64,000 nucleotides of DNA from Geosiphon pyriformis uo1 (lineage: Eukaryota; Fungi; Glomeromycota). Below the pieces are notes generated by a model, which was not told the DNA's origin, did not search any database, and was given only the letters and a program-made list of their open reading frames with translations. Below are positions 1-14,340 of this stretch, in pieces. Numbering within the stretch: the stretch's first letter is position 1; each line of letters opens with the position of its first letter. The stretch covers positions 1,106,764-1,170,763 of the forward strand of contig JAAOMT010000299.1 of NCBI GenBank assembly GCA_016748015.1. The letters run 5' to 3'. A program made the translations under genes and the position numbers.

Positions 1-38
1 TATTTAATACAGTAGTAAAATTTCCACTTCAAACTAAA

Positions 39-39
<1 letters not shown>

Positions 40-82
<43 letters not shown>

Positions 83-110
83 TTACTACTACTATTACTA
101 CTACTACTAC
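40..110. repeat. (CTA)n microsatellite
   Basis: Run of tactac units with a few tat interruptions. Confidence 0.95.
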
Positions 111-140
111 AGGAGTCTATCATTGATATTTGAATATATA

Positions 141-647
141 TTAAATTTTATCACAAGATCCTTCAAATGTTTCTAATCGCTTCCTCAAATGTCGTCTTTC
201 TTGTTTCAACACTTGCACTTCGTTCTCTAGAACCAAAACTTTTTGTTCCAAAACATCGCTCATATTTGCTAAAAGTTGGTTTTCTTCTATTAACTTGACG
301 AATATTTCATTTGTCAATTTTAAATTCTCATGCATCGTTTCAGCAAAACTTCGAAGTTGTTTGGCATTTTCAAGACATTTTGTAAACGGAGTATTGGCAT
401 CTTGTTTTTTGTATATGTGTGATATATTCGAAATAGAAGAGACGTATGGAAAATAATTGTCATCTATCATTTCTTTTTCTATTGATGGAACTTCTTCTGA
501 AGTTAAACTTTTAGAACTTATAGATGAGGGTGATGACAAAGTAATACAATTAGTTGGTAAATATGAGGATCGTGAGCGGAATGTATCCTGAAGGGTTGGA
601 AAAATTTTTTTAGGGTTTTCCATCAACAAATCATTGTTGTGAGACAT
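141..647 (-). CDS. Hypothetical protein, Ser-rich N-terminal half and C-terminal coiled coil (168 aa)
   Basis: Uninterrupted ORF, richer in GC and CpG than its flanks; heptad pattern in LIEENQLLANMSDVLEQKVLVLENEVQVLKQERRHLRKRLE. Confidence 0.65.
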   Translation of the reverse strand: MSHNNDLLMENPKKIFPTLQDTFRSRSSYLPTNCITLSSPSSISSKSLTSEEVPSIEKEMIDDNYFPYVSSISNISHIYKKQDANTPFTKCLENAKQLRSFAETMHENLKLTNEIFVKLIEENQLLANMSDVLEQKVLVLENEVQVLKQERRHLRKRLETFEGSCDKI

Positions 648-1420
648 AATTTAATTAAAAATGAGATTTTTATTTTTGTCCTTTAATCCTTTGCTGGGAT
701 AGCCTCAAAAACTTTAATTTTAATTTAAGCCTATGAGGGTTGAATTTTATAGGGCAAATTTTATTTAAGTTGAATCAATCAATCGAATGGAAAAATTGAA
801 AAAGGCGTTGTTTTCGAAAACTGATTTTTTAAGATTGTTACAAGTTAATTACTGCAAGCTGCATGTATTAACGTGATTTTTGGATGTTATGGTTTTGATT
901 CATTGATCGATTGATTGATTGATTGATTGATTAATTGGGTATGAGGCAAAGATTTGATTTCCCAAATTTTTGAAACATGTTTAAGATTTTAAAGTAGGAT
1001 TTGAAACTCAACAATATTTGAAATATTTGCATGTAAAACATTCTAAAAATCTCTTTAAAAGAGCATAGCTCAAAGTAACTTCTTTTTCGGAATGAGTCGA
1101 TTTCCAATTATTGTGTGTGTCAAAAAATTAATAGCTGATCAACATCAAACATGGGATTACTCGAATGTTTTTTTTTTCTTTCTACAAGCTCCATTTTTAA
1201 TAATAATAATCCATATATTTTTATTGGTTTTTTAGTATCCGTTTCTTTTATATTTTTATTGATCAAGTTATTTCTTTTAGAGATTATACATTTCCAGGAA
1301 TAATCAAATTTTTTTTTTGAAACGCGATTTAGCCCAATTTTTTTTTTAAGCACATGAATTTCACGATAAATACCTTTATATATATATATGTAAAAAAAAT
1401 TTGCTCGTTTTTTTTTAGGT

Positions 1421-1490
1421 CCAATCAAGTCTAATCTAATCCAATCCAATCCAATCCAATCCAATTCAATTCAATTCAATTCAATTCAAT
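1421..1490. repeat. Compound (CCAAT)n/(TCAAT)n pentanucleotide microsatellite
   Basis: Direct reading of the sequence. Confidence 0.9.
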
Positions 1491-3133
1491 TGTTTATAGG
1501 TATTTATTAAATCATAATTTGAGATATAAAACTGCAAAAGATTTATCATATCACATAAATATGTACTTTTAATCAAAAAAATTTTGATGAAACCATATAG
1601 ACATAATAATTCTAAAAAAAATCATTTTTATATAAAAATATGAAAATTTTTTTAAATGAAATAAATCAAACAATCATAAAAAAAAAAAAATTTGAAAAAA
1701 AAATATATATATTTTTAATTTTATTTGTGAATTCCTTTTATTATTATTATTATTATTATTATTTTCATTTATTATTTTCATTTATTATTTTGTTTTACAT
1801 AAATAATTAATAAAAAATATTAATTTACATAATATAATCTCGATGCGCTTAATAATAATAATAAAATTTTCCAATTGATTGTAATTTAATATTTAATTTT
1901 ATCATATCATATCATATACATATAAATTGATTTCTTATTCAATTTAATCATTTGACTAATATTGTTAAAAGAATAATTTTTTCATTATTATTATTTTATT
2001 ATTATTTTCTACTCTTTTTTATTTTTATTTTTATTTTTATTTTACTTATCCAATAAAAATTATTTAAAAAAATTATTTAGATTAAATCTTTTTAAATGCC
2101 TTATTTTCGTTTTTTAAACCCCTGTTACTATACATGTAATAATAATAATAACAATAATAATATTGAAAATAATAAATTTTTATTTAAATATAAAAAAAAT
2201 GATTTTCATTTATTTTATCTATTTGTTTTGTTTTAAATTTATGCTTAAAACTTGCTATCTATTTTTTTTTATAATTATTGTCAAATTGGTATAAACACAA
2301 CAAGTAAAAGCATAAAAAATGTGTGAACTAATATGTCATAATTTGCCCGTTCTAACGAAAACCATGTTTTAAAGTTTAATTTAAAATATGGTAACAAATA
2401 CGATGAATAAGGCATCATTCGTGTATGTATTTGATGTACCAAGTTTGTAAGACAATTAAATTGTTAATTCAATATATGAAAAGCTAAGAAACGTAAACTC
2501 CTTCGTAAATTTAAACAAACATAATCTTACAAACAGGAATTCTCCCATCTATAATATATTTTATAAGGCAATATATGGACGAAAACATTAGTTTCTCATT
2601 CACTGGTATTTTTGAGGTCATGAAATTGAAAATTAGTTTCATCTCAAGTAACATCTCATTCGAATCAAGAAAATTGAATATTATTCCAATCAGTTGAAAA
2701 ACTTAATTGATGATTCACTATTTTATCATATTTTGGCAGGCGAAAGGTTGTTTCTTCTCACAAAAGACTAGGATAACTCAAAAATTCTCAAGTTTTACAG
2801 ATAAAAAGGAAAAACTATAATCCAAACTTATCTTGAAACTGCTCCCTGAGTTGATCTTTTATTACTGACAAAAAGTTACCTGGCTGATTTTTAACACAAA
2901 TATCCAACAACATTAGACTGAACAGTATTTAGAATTTCTCTTTTTTATTGGTTTTTCTTTTTTCAATGCCTTCTCACAAGAAGGATGCAAAAGAACCTAA
3001 AAGATCTGACTATATACAAGTGGAGATTTTGTTGATATTATACTTACAATCCTATTGCTAATCGAAGACCCCTACAAGCTAAAGAGAAATGCTAGAATCT
3101 TTGATATTATTTTATTATTCATGAAAAAGGTGT

Positions 3134-4378
3134 TCACGTCTTACGGTTGCTTTTGGTGCTTCGCTTGTCCAACGCGTCGATCAAAGGAAGCAAAATTTGT
3201 GATGACAGTTTGATGTTGATAAAGGTAAAGATAGGACCGTCTTTTTGGTCGTCGTCGTCATCTTCGTCATCATCATAGTATTGAAACCTATCATCTTCGT
3301 CAGAGTCCATTGGCACAGGCCATGAACGTTGACAGGTGATAATTGGTAGATTTTCTTTTTCAAAATTATTCTTGCGGCCGTTAGACATGATGACACTTGG
3401 CAATAGATGGACTCGTGTTGACACGGTCTCGTGACTAATATTATCTAATAGCCTTCTTATATATGGGATATCAAACCAGACAACACCGTTTGAAGAAATG
3501 GTGGAATTTTTATCGGTTTCGTTGATATTACGTAAATGAATTTTAAAGTGTCCCCATAATTTACGACTCTGTCGGTGCATCATCATACAAACAGCAGAAT
3601 TTGTTAAATTGAGATCGAATTTGAAGGAATATGGTATGGTAGTTGTGCCATTTTTTCGATTAAAATGGGTGATGTTCATTGATTTTGTGAATGTAGAAGG
3701 CGTAGCATGAGACCACGACGAAGCCGTTAAAAGTGTAGCATCATAATTGCTGACTTCTTGAGGTAGTCGAGTCTGTATCTAAGCAAAGGAGATGAGGCAA
3801 GCGGTTTGTGAGATTTCGAGTGGGAGACAGTCAGCTGTCGACTGAAGACTCCAAGAATCGCTCATAGAAAGACACGTGAATGTGTATTTCCGAAGAAAGG
3901 GTCAAGTTTTGTCGAAAACTGTGCAATATATGTCAATAAAATGACACACGAAACCCAATAAAATATTCAGATTTATTAATATTTATAATAATAATACTTA
4001 CAATTAATTTTAAGTCGTTTTTAAATCGTTCTTCCACATAGTCCTCAATCGCCACGGTTATTAAAAGATTCCATTTACGACATGTATGGCGTAGCACCGT
4101 TGCCGACTTTAAACTGTTTGTGTTGTTTGTGTGTGTGTGTGTGTTTGTTGAGGTAATAATCAAATGTTTTAATTCAGTAACATGTGCATGAATGATCTAT
4201 TATGTGATTCATATGTAGCACTGATGTCGATCCTCCTCTCACTCGAGATTTCACGATAGATGAAAGACAGACTTTGAACTAGTAAAGTAGCAAAAAATAA
4301 AGATTAAATTTACCTTGAACTATATAACAGCTGGTTGAAAATATCTAACAATATTTCATTACAGAGATAACCTGCCAT
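3134..4378 (-). CDS. F-box domain protein, 3 exons (4378-4314, 4113-4002, 3778-3134), 273 aa
   Basis: GT-AG introns 4313-4114 and 4001-3779 keep frame. The spliced N-terminus MAGYLCNEILLDIFNQLLYSSSLKSATVLRHTCRKWNLL matches the F-box pattern (LPxEILxxIF...vCrxW). Exon 3 is in frame with ORF 3134..3679. Confidence 0.8.
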
Positions 4379-7300
4379 TATAAGTGTTGGTTTTGTGCTT
4401 ATTAGTGTGAGAGGAGAGTTGGGAAGAGTTGGAAAATTGAGAGTTTGGAGGGAAGGTCGAGTTAGAAGGGTATTTATAGAGGATTTGATCTTCACGTTGA
4501 TTGGTCTATGTTAAACGATGCTGTACGCGATCTGTATGTGTCTGTGTTGATCAACTTTCTTTAGTAGGAGTCAGGTCGGAGACTAAAATCACAAGATCGG
4601 TGAAGGTCGTATGACCAATCACAATTTAGATTATTAGAACGCGTGAAGAGACCGGGAAAACGAAGATAATGTGTTTTGAGGAAAGGTTTATATGATTTGG
4701 AAGCCTTTTTGGTTTCGTAAATAAGATGAGATAAAAGATTGAAGAGTGATAAAAGTGTAGGAGTTTAAAACGATTGTTTTGTATCGTGATATGTTGCAAT
4801 CATTATAATGATATATTTTTTGCAGGTTAGAAGCATTTAAATTCGAGCTTTACACTTAAAAAAAAAAGGGAGACTTGAGTTCGTTTAAGAATTTTTCCCA
4901 AGATCTAGATTACACTGAAAAATATTGACATAATTGGGCAAATTTTTGAGGCTTGAAGAAGATTGAAAAATGTATAGAGTGCAAAGCTGCTGCTAGGGAC
5001 AGTGTGTTATCCTTCAACTTTTCAATTCCCTCGAATGCGATCCCATGATTTTATACAACTAAAAGGTCAGCTACTGGAATTTGAGATTCAAAGGGCAACT
5101 GGATTATGAGAACATTTCAATTGACGCTATTAAGATAATTCTACCATTCCTAAATTACATTTCAACACCCCAGCTTTCTTTCACTAATACTGACAGCAGT
5201 TGAAATGTTTATAGTTTTTAATTTTCCAAACCAAATTATATTTATAAATGAAAAAGAGGTTGCCGACGGGTCAATATTCCTCTCGTGTGACCAGTCACCA
5301 ATGTACGACCGACGCACAAGACCTTCTCGGAGTTTTATAACCGATCCAATTCTCGAAAATAATCATAAAAGAGCCTTTTTTAACTATGAACTAATTGCCA
5401 GCCTAGATTGCTAGTCTTTTGAGTTAATTGATTGGAAGACTATGGAAAATTTGGTGCTTCATGCTTTAGACAATCGATCAAAATCAAATTTTGTGGTTCA
5501 ACTAGTTATGAATCTCGGAGATCCCTGGGTCCGAGCCAACTAGCCCAAAAGAGTACGACTCCGGGGCGGGATCAGCGATGGGTCGAAAAAGTCAAAGACA
5601 TTTTTGTAATTTTGAATGGGGCGCAATACTGTTTTAATGTTATATGTTACCGAATCTTTGGAATTGCTAAATTCTGTTTAAGCCTTAGATAAATCTCGAC
5701 TGTCGAGATTAATATTTTACCATTTCTATCTATAATTTAGTATGGGAATCAGTTGGCGTTGTTTGAATAATTTCCCAACTCTTCATAATTGCTCAAGGGG
5801 GAATTTATTGGGGATAATTTTCAGGTGGACATATTTTATCTCGACCTCAAATTGGTAATTTTGTTATTAGAAATATTTAATTTGTGAAATTTGGAATTAA
5901 ATATGAATTGGAATTATTTTCAAGGGTTTTATAGAAGTATATTTTTTAATCTATATAGTATATTACAATATTGATCTTAAAATGTCAGGTCACAAATATA
6001 TCGAAATTATTAAAAGATTTTGACGGGTTAACTTTAATCTTAATTATGTATTTCGGAAGACTTTTCATATTTATTTGTTCTTTAATAAACTTGGGAAACT
6101 CCAATTGAAGTTATTTCAGTCATGACTTTAATATTATATTACGCATTGAGAAATCTGCAAATTTAAGAATGTAAAAAATAAGTTTTGAAGCATTCCAAGG
6201 ATATGAATCATCCTTTATATAAAAGACATATTTTGATTAGTATGAATCATGTGATTTATCATAAAATCTTCCAAAACAGGATATTTTATGTTTTTTCCAC
6301 ATATTTAGGGTTTGCATCACCTCAAACTCTACAGTTAAAAAAGGCTCAACCAATTAGAACGCCCTAAATCAGGATTGACTTAATTTTTCGAATCAACATT
6401 ACCCGTTAAAAAAGGATCCCCTCAAAAAAAATCATGCACCATTTAATAAATATTATAAAACATTAACGATAAATTTTAAATCTAAAGATAATAAAGGGAC
6501 AATATAATAACTCAAAACTTTATTCTACCATTTATTAAAAATAGCCCTACTTATATCTTGAAAGCAAAATCAGGCAAAAAATTGAGACCTGACTTCATTT
6601 TTTTATCCTTTTGCTCGTGGTCGCAATTAAAAAAAATCTTAATCAATCAGAGGTTTTAAAAGGTCAACCAAGCAATTGGTTTTTTCTTAAATTTCAAAAA
6701 TTAATAATATTAATTATCAAAAAAATATTATGATTGTCAAAATATTTTTTTTAATCTTTTTAAAAAGATAATTCACACTTTAAGATTACTATTTTAAGTT
6801 TTATCTCATATATATAAATTTAGGAATTAATGAAATCATGTCATTTTCACATTATAACATAAAATGATTGTGAACTTTGAATTTTTTTCAATCGAAATAT
6901 GGCGTCATACACAATTTAGGTATATAATTATATACTGCAGATGTTTGTCTTAAAGTCATTTTAGTAAAATTTTAATATTTTCAATGTTTGAGGCAATTAA
7001 ATTGAAATTAATAATAATAATGCTTGGTGAAAAAAAAAAAAAAAGCGTGTCTCGAAATTCACATATAGGTATGAGAGATTTTGAGCAAGATAAATATTAA
7101 TTAAATAAAATTGACATTTTGCTCATTAGCCATTTTCAATTTATTATTTGAATCCTTGACCAATTATTCATCTTTTTTCCAGATAATCTCACCAAAAACT
7201 CCCAGAGTTCATAAGCGAATTAAAAAAATAATTTAATTTTAAGGCAAGCTAAATCTTTAAAGGTTTGCTTTGCCAAATTAAAGATAAATTGTAGAAAAGT

Positions 7301-10068
7301 TTTAAATTTTTACAGGTGAAACTCAATTTTTTTTTTCCTTTTTGTGATTACAGGGATTATATTGTCTTAATTCTTTGGAGCTTTAAATTTCTTGATTCTT
7401 CCCTCGGTTACTCTTTGAAAAATTTTTATATTTAAAGAGCTGGCTTGATAGATACATATTGACGGCTTCTTTTAAGATTGTTTAACTGTAAAAATGAACT
7501 TGGAATTTAATCAATTTGGAAATTTATCCTACAAAGATTTACCTTCCACTCTCACTTGGACGTAACCAAAATTTTTGACCAGTGTTTTATCTTGTTAAAT
7601 GTTTTCTTGATATTGTATCTCCTGTGGCTTCCATCTTCATAATATAATCTTTGTGATTATTTTCTCAACTCGAATATATCAAGGAGATTCTTTCAAAGGA
7701 TAATTTTTTTTAGAAAATTAAAAACTTTGGCTTCCAAAAATAGCCAATATTGAATGATCAAATAGTTACAAATTAAAGATTTCAGAAGAAATTTTCTTCA
7801 AATAATTTGGTCTTCTTTAAAAGTTCTATCTTGTTATTTTGGAAAGATTTAATTGAAATATATCATCAAAGGGTAACTAAAACAAATTGCTTTAAAAAAA
7901 ATGATGATGGTACAGGCAAAATTCTTTTTTGCATGCAAATAAGTTAAAAAATCTATACTTAAATCACACCTCAACTTGTAAATTAAGGGCAAATTCAACA
8001 TAAGAGTTAAAACCTGGGCACATATTTTGCTTAATTTATAAAAAGATTGTTTTAATTTATGGGTGTTATAATGCAAGTGGAATGTTTTTATTTAGTATAA
8101 AGAAAATTTAAAAAAGATTTTTAAAATTTGGTTCTTTTTTTTTTAAATTATTCTGCATTTTTTAAATATTAATAATAATCATATTTTCGGTCTTGTTTAT
8201 TTGGAAAAATTTTATTAATTTTTTGATTTGTGATTTTAATATCTGATATTTTTGAATACTTTAACTAAATTATATCGATCAATTATTGAATCTCTTTAAT
8301 ATTTTTTGTATTAAAAGCTAAATTTAAATTTATTAAATTTATGACAAAATTTTTAACAGATCAAATATCATTAAATTTTGTGAGATTTATTTTTTTTTGA
8401 TGCTATTTATTTATTTTAAAAATATTTTATTGATCACTTTTGAAAAAGAAAATAAATTATCCAAAATATAAGTTAAATAACAATTAACCATAAAAATAAA
8501 GTTATATTCCATGTTATTTTTCAATTAAATTTTAATTAATATAATTTTATACATAAAAATAATAATAATATTTATTAAAAATTGAGCAAAAAAAAAAAAA
8601 GAAAACTTTTTTGTTACTGTTGTAAAAAAAATATGAATATATTATATGTGCAATTATTTAATTTATGAAAAACTTAATGTAATAATAATGAAAAAAAACG
8701 CAGATAAATTTTATAAAGCAGTAGAAAAATCTGTTTGATAATATTTTTAATAAAAAAAAATTTATGGAATTTTTCAATATTTAAATTAATTTAATTATAT
8801 AATTGTATATTTGAAAATTTGAAAATTTTTTTAAATAAAATATTCTGAAAAATATAATTATTATAGGTTGATTTAAATTAAAAGAAATAAAAATTCGATT
8901 ATTAAATCCTCTTTTCATGGTTTTATTTTATTAATATTAAATATAAGATAAACTTGGTTTTAAATAAATTGGATCTATTATTTTTAAATTCTCATAATGA
9001 ATTTTTTTTTCCCAAATAACCAAAATAGCGCAAGACTTTATACTTTAATTTCTTTCTTCATTTTTTAATAGATTAATATAAACCATGATAAATTTTTAAT
9101 AGCAGTGAAAATTAGTAAAAGGGTTGATATTTGTTAAAAATATGATCAAAAAATATATTAAAATGTAATTTGCTTCATGTACCCTAAAAATATAATTATT
9201 AATATTTATATATAGCTGATTTTTAAAATTCCTAAAACATAAAAATAGCAATAGTAACAAAACTTCTCAAGAATAACCAAAGCCTTAAGAGGAGAATATG
9301 ATTATTTGACTTAAATATTATAGTAAAAAAAAAGTAAAAGATTAATAATTACCAACAAAGCAAAGCTTTATACATCTTTTATAGAATTTTGGGAGGGTGA
9401 AAAAACCATTAATAGAATAAACGTTTGAGAAAAATAGTCGTAGTCACCTTAGTCAAAATATAAAATATTTTTTGGAATTTTGAGGCTACAGTTGTTGGTC
9501 GTGATATAAGGTATCTTAATAACGACAGCTTGAATAATAAAAAGAGTAAAAGAATTGTATATTAATGGCATCCTATGGCTTATCTAAATTTTTAATAGGC
9601 TTTCTGAAGGGCTCTTTGAATTTCTAGATAAAAACCAGGAATTCCAATTTTAACTATAAATAATTATTTGAAAAGATTTTTAGTAATCAAGCTTCATTAT
9701 TTTCTTGACTTTTGTTTATTTTCTTGATTTTTTATAAAAAAATTTAATTTTACGCCAATAAATGATCTAGCAAATTCTTTTTTTAAAATAACATCCTAAT
9801 TTTTAAGTACCGTAACTAAATATTATAATTTTTTTCTGATCTTAAAACATGAGATAAGTGCACACAGAAGTATGTCAATATGATGTTAGAAAATTATCTG
9901 TCATTCGGTCCCATTGCTTGATTTAAATAATAATATATGAATTACTGTAAAGGTTTTTTGATCATCTGAACTTGTTTAAATATGGTTAAAAAAGATTTAA
10001 AAAATAGTTTGTTTTGAATTTGTTTGTCAAATAAGACTATTTTTCAGAGAGGTGATAAAGTCTTGAAT

Positions 10069-10104
<36 letters not shown>

Positions 10105-10187
10105 GTTAGTTTCTTGAGAGAGAGAAGATGGAATTATTTTTGTTTTGAAAAATTATGTTTATAATTACAATTTTATCTAAAAAAATT

Positions 10188-10253
10188 TAAATCAAATCAA
10201 AATCAAATCAAATCAAATCAAATCAAATCAAATCAAATCAAATCAAATCAAAT
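10188..10253. repeat. (AAATC)n microsatellite
   Basis: Direct reading of the sequence. Confidence 0.95.
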
Positions 10254-10542
10254 GTCGACAGCCTGTCCATTCCTAATAATTTCCTTTGAGCACGGAATTT
10301 CGTGCTACTATTTCAATTATTATATATAATCCATGTATTACTTATAAATTTTTGAAAATGATTCCTATCTATCCAGATGAAAATTTATACATAGCTTTCA
10401 AAGTTTGTAAGATTGCGAAGTAAATATCTTTTATGTTTGGAAAGATATCAAGAATATTAAAAATTATATCAATATTTCATAATTTTAAAAATGTTCTAGA
10501 ACCGTCTTAAAAGTTTAAATATATCCTATCATAAGAGTTCTA

Positions 10543-11525
10543 ATGAATTTTTTCGCCAAAAAAAAAAAATTTCGTGATAACCCAAATTTTTCTTCAATAA
10601 AAAGTTTGCCAAACATTCAAGCATCACCCATCATTTTAAAAATCTTTAAAATTCAAAACTTCAAAATCTTGCAACATATCCCTTTACTGTTTATCGCAAA
10701 ACCAAAAATCGCCAAAATCAATCTCTATCACCATCTCTGTCAAGTCTAAAATTTTAATGTTAAATCCTGATATAATTATTTTTCCCATAGTCAATTTCTA
10801 AATCTTTCTAATTATAAATACACTCATCCCTCTACATAGAAAAAATTTTATTTTTATTTGTTATATAATAATAATTCTAATTTAATTTTATAATAATTAG
10901 AATGAATTCAAAATGATCTTGAATTTTCATCAATCAAACTTCTTCATTCACCTAGCCCCAAAATAAATCCTTTACCAATCGAAGCAATAGTCGAAATAGT
11001 GATGTTAGTAATACAAGTGAAAATAGAATCATTATCATCATCAATACTACTTATATTCCAATCAATTTTAATCATGAAACAGAGCTTGATCTTAAAAACG
11101 ATAATCAATAAAATTGGGATGATATCATTGATTTATATTATAGCTCTGAGATTCCAGTCCAAGAGGCTAAGGTTTTATCATCTAAAAATTCTAAAAAGGC
11201 AGAATTTAGCCTCCAGAACAGTGAAAATCACTCCAAGCCAGAGACAGTTGAAAATGATGTAACAAATCTTTGGCTCTCGGCATCGGATCTCGCGAATTTT
11301 ATTGCACAAAATCTGTTGACCTCGGAAATCAAAAGAAAATGGACTGAAATTGATTACAGCTCATTGAAAAATAATTTGGAGCATTTAAGAGAAATCAATA
11401 ATGATTTTAGAAATAGAGTTGAAATTTTAGGTAGCGAGATTGAATCCCTAAAAAGAATAAAGAATGTGATTTTAAAAAAAAATGTTGAAAAGAAAGAAGA
11501 GATGAGGAAAATTTTGAGAAGATAG
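10543..11525 (+). pseudogene. Degraded gene for a low-complexity plus C-terminal coiled-coil protein
   Basis: The frame of ORF 11316..11525 extends upstream (NWDDIIDLYYSSEIP...LWLSASDLANFIAQNLL) but carries an in-frame TAA at 11109-11111 and further breaks near 10900-10960. The 5' boundary is uncertain. Confidence 0.4.
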
Positions 11526-12425
11526 TGATAACGTTATTAGGGGAATATTTTTAAAGCCACATGGCTAATTAAAATTAAATTTTTAAACAAAAGGTAGAGA
11601 AATTGTTAATTAGAATTATGTTAATAAGGAAAAAATTTTTCAAAAATAGAAATTTTTTTTTCTAATAAAAAATATACATATATATATATATAAAATTAAA
11701 ACAATTACTAAAATCTTGGGAATTTAGATGAATTGTCATATTTGAAATTTAAAGAAATTTCTATCATTTTTTTTTTTTTTTTAAAAAAAATGATTAATAG
11801 TTTTAATTAGAATCATAATTTGAATCATAATAAGAATTAGAATTAGAATTAGAATTAGAATTAGAATTAGAGTTTCACTATACCTTTGTATTTTTTTTCT
11901 TTAAAATGCTTATAAAAATCGAAAAAATTATGAATATTTAAATTATTATTATAAATTTGGTTAGTATTTGTAAAATGTAAATAAATAAACTTTATATCCA
12001 AAAAAAAATTACCCCCCCCCCCCCCTCCTCCCCTATTTACATTCATAAATAATCAAATAATTAAATGTTTATAAACAATATGACTTATTAAATTCATATG
12101 AATTAAAGGATAAATCAAATTTTTTCAACGAGAAAAACAAATTATATTAAATGTTTTTAAGAATGTAGTAGTAAAAAAAAAAACTAAAAATTAATTTTTC
12201 TAAATTTTCAATTTTACTTTGTTAAAAGTTTAATAAATAAAAATTAAAAAATTTACGTTTAAAATATTATCAAATTATAATTTTTATAAATTTTTATTAT
12301 TTTTTTAAATTTAGTTTCGTTAATTCATCAAGAGAGTATTAATTTAAAATTAAAAATATAAACTAAAAATATTTATATAAAACTCAGATTTTGAATAAAC
12401 TAAATGAAAGTTTTAATTTAAATCA

Positions 12426-12458
<33 letters not shown>

Positions 12459-12978
12459 TTATTAATATAAAATTAAGGTAATAAAAATTCTTTGCGGATT
12501 TATTAGTGTTTCACTTCAAATATACATTTCCGGTGAAAAGTAATGGCAAGAACATTATTAGTATAAGTTGTCGCGTTACCAAACCTCCTTGCAGAAAAAT
12601 AAAAAGAATAACACGTAAACGTTATTTTTACTTACACCTAATGTCACCTAACCTCTCATTTAATCTTATTAACCACCTTTCACAAAAATGACAAAGTTTC
12701 GGATATTCATAGTTCCGACAGCTCACAAGCTTACTATCAAATCCTGTACAGAAATCATTTCTTTATGACAGCCTCAACCGGATTGAAAGAAAAAAGTATA
12801 AGAAATGGGGACAAAAAAAAGAAGAAGCAGTGTCTCAAAAGGAGATTGTGCTTATTAATATTTGTAACATGTTTACTTTGTTAAATTTTAATATATATAT
12901 ATTATATTATTGATATCAAGATATTTTGAAAAAAATATTTTTTTAGGTTTGTATTTAAAAAAAAAAAAAAAAAAAAAA

Positions 12979-13039
12979 NNNNNNNNNNNNNNNNNNNNNN
13001 NNNNNNNNNNNNNNNNNNNNNNNNNNNNNNNNNNNNNNN
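12979..13039. other. Assembly gap (61 N) between poly-A and poly-T
   Basis: N run. Confidence 1.
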
Positions 13040-13101
13040 TTTTTTTTGTTAATTTTTTTTTTCCATTACAAATTAAATGGCAGGAAATTTTTTTTCAAAT
13101 A

Positions 13102-13174
<73 letters not shown>
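13102..13174. repeat. (AAT)n microsatellite
   Basis: Direct reading of the sequence. Confidence 0.95.
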
Positions 13175-13177
<3 letters not shown>

Positions 13178-14187
13178 TAATAAAAAGAAATTATTCTTTG
13201 TATGTTGTTCGAAAATATTCTAAATATTGAATTCAAGATTAAATTCAAAACCAAAAAAAAATTAGTTAAAAATAATAGTTTTATAAAATTTTAATAAAAA
13301 TTTATTCTAATTAATTAATTATTTATTTTTATAAATTTATAAAAAATATAATTAATAAATTTTTTTTAAATAAAATCTTCAATAACTTATAAATATATAA
13401 ATAATTTTATATATTAAAAATTATTATTATAAAAATCAATTAAAAAAATAATTTTTATAAATAAACAAAAATTATTTAAAATGCTTAAATTAAATAAAAA
13501 TAAAAATAAAAATATTAAGCAATATATTCAAGTTTTTATTTCAAATTTTTATATTATTTATATAAAATTAAAAACAAATAAAAAATATCTTTAATTTAAT
13601 TTAATTTTTTTATTTAATTACAATTTTTTTTTTGTTTAATTATAAATTAATTTTAATCTAAAATAACTGTCAAATAACAAATAACAAATAACAATATAGA
13701 TATATATGTATGTATATTTTTTCTAAATCTAATTTATTTTAAAAATCTAATTGTAAAATTAAATCATCTTTACTCATTTCATGAAATGATTTATTTAAAT
13801 TTTGATTTCGAAATCTTTTATTAATTTTATATGTTTTTGAACTTTCTTTTCGTACATAAAAATAAATCAAAGTTCTTCATATAAGAAAAAAAAAATTTAA
13901 GTAAAAGACTTTCTTTTACTTTAATAAAAATGAAATTTAAGAAATTCAACATTTTTACAATTTGAAATAAATTGTCATTAATATTATATTTAAAATTTAA
14001 TATGAAAATTAAATGTAAATAATTGTTGAATTTATATAAATAAATAAATAAATAAAATAACTACTAATATACACTTTTAAATTGACTTTCCAAATACTCT
14101 AATATTATTTTTTTAAACTATTGTAATATCACTTTTTGACAATTGAAAATTTTAAGAAATCTTTAATTTTAAAATTATCAAAATCAA

Positions 14188-14340
14188 TTTTAAAATTTTA
14201 CCTTTTTTTTAAAAAAATTCCTTTTCAAATTGTACCTTTTTTTTAAAAAAATTCCTTTTAAAATTGTTCCTTTTTTTTAAAAAAATTCCTTTTCAAATTG
14301 TACCTTTTTTTTTAAAATCCCTTTTCAAATTGTACTTTTT
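14188..14340. repeat. Minisatellite, ~34-bp unit CCTTTTCAAATTGTACCTTTTTTTTAAAAAAATT, ~4.5 copies
   Basis: Head-to-tail units with no spacers. Confidence 0.85.

Noticed and set aside
4940-5700. Moderately GC-rich stretch with short ORFs (5205, 5432) upstream of the F-box gene
   Set aside because: No consistent spliced frame or recognisable motif was found. It may be promoter or lncRNA, but this is unsupported.
7130-7850. Minus-strand exon-like fragment with a GT-AG intron (FGYVQVRVE/VKTILKEAVNMY)
   Set aside because: Multiple stops and no recognisable family. It may be a pseudogene but cannot be supported.
14188-14340. 34-bp repeats as a CRISPR array
   Set aside because: The units are contiguous with no unique spacers, there are no cas genes, and the context is eukaryotic. 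This is a minisatellite.
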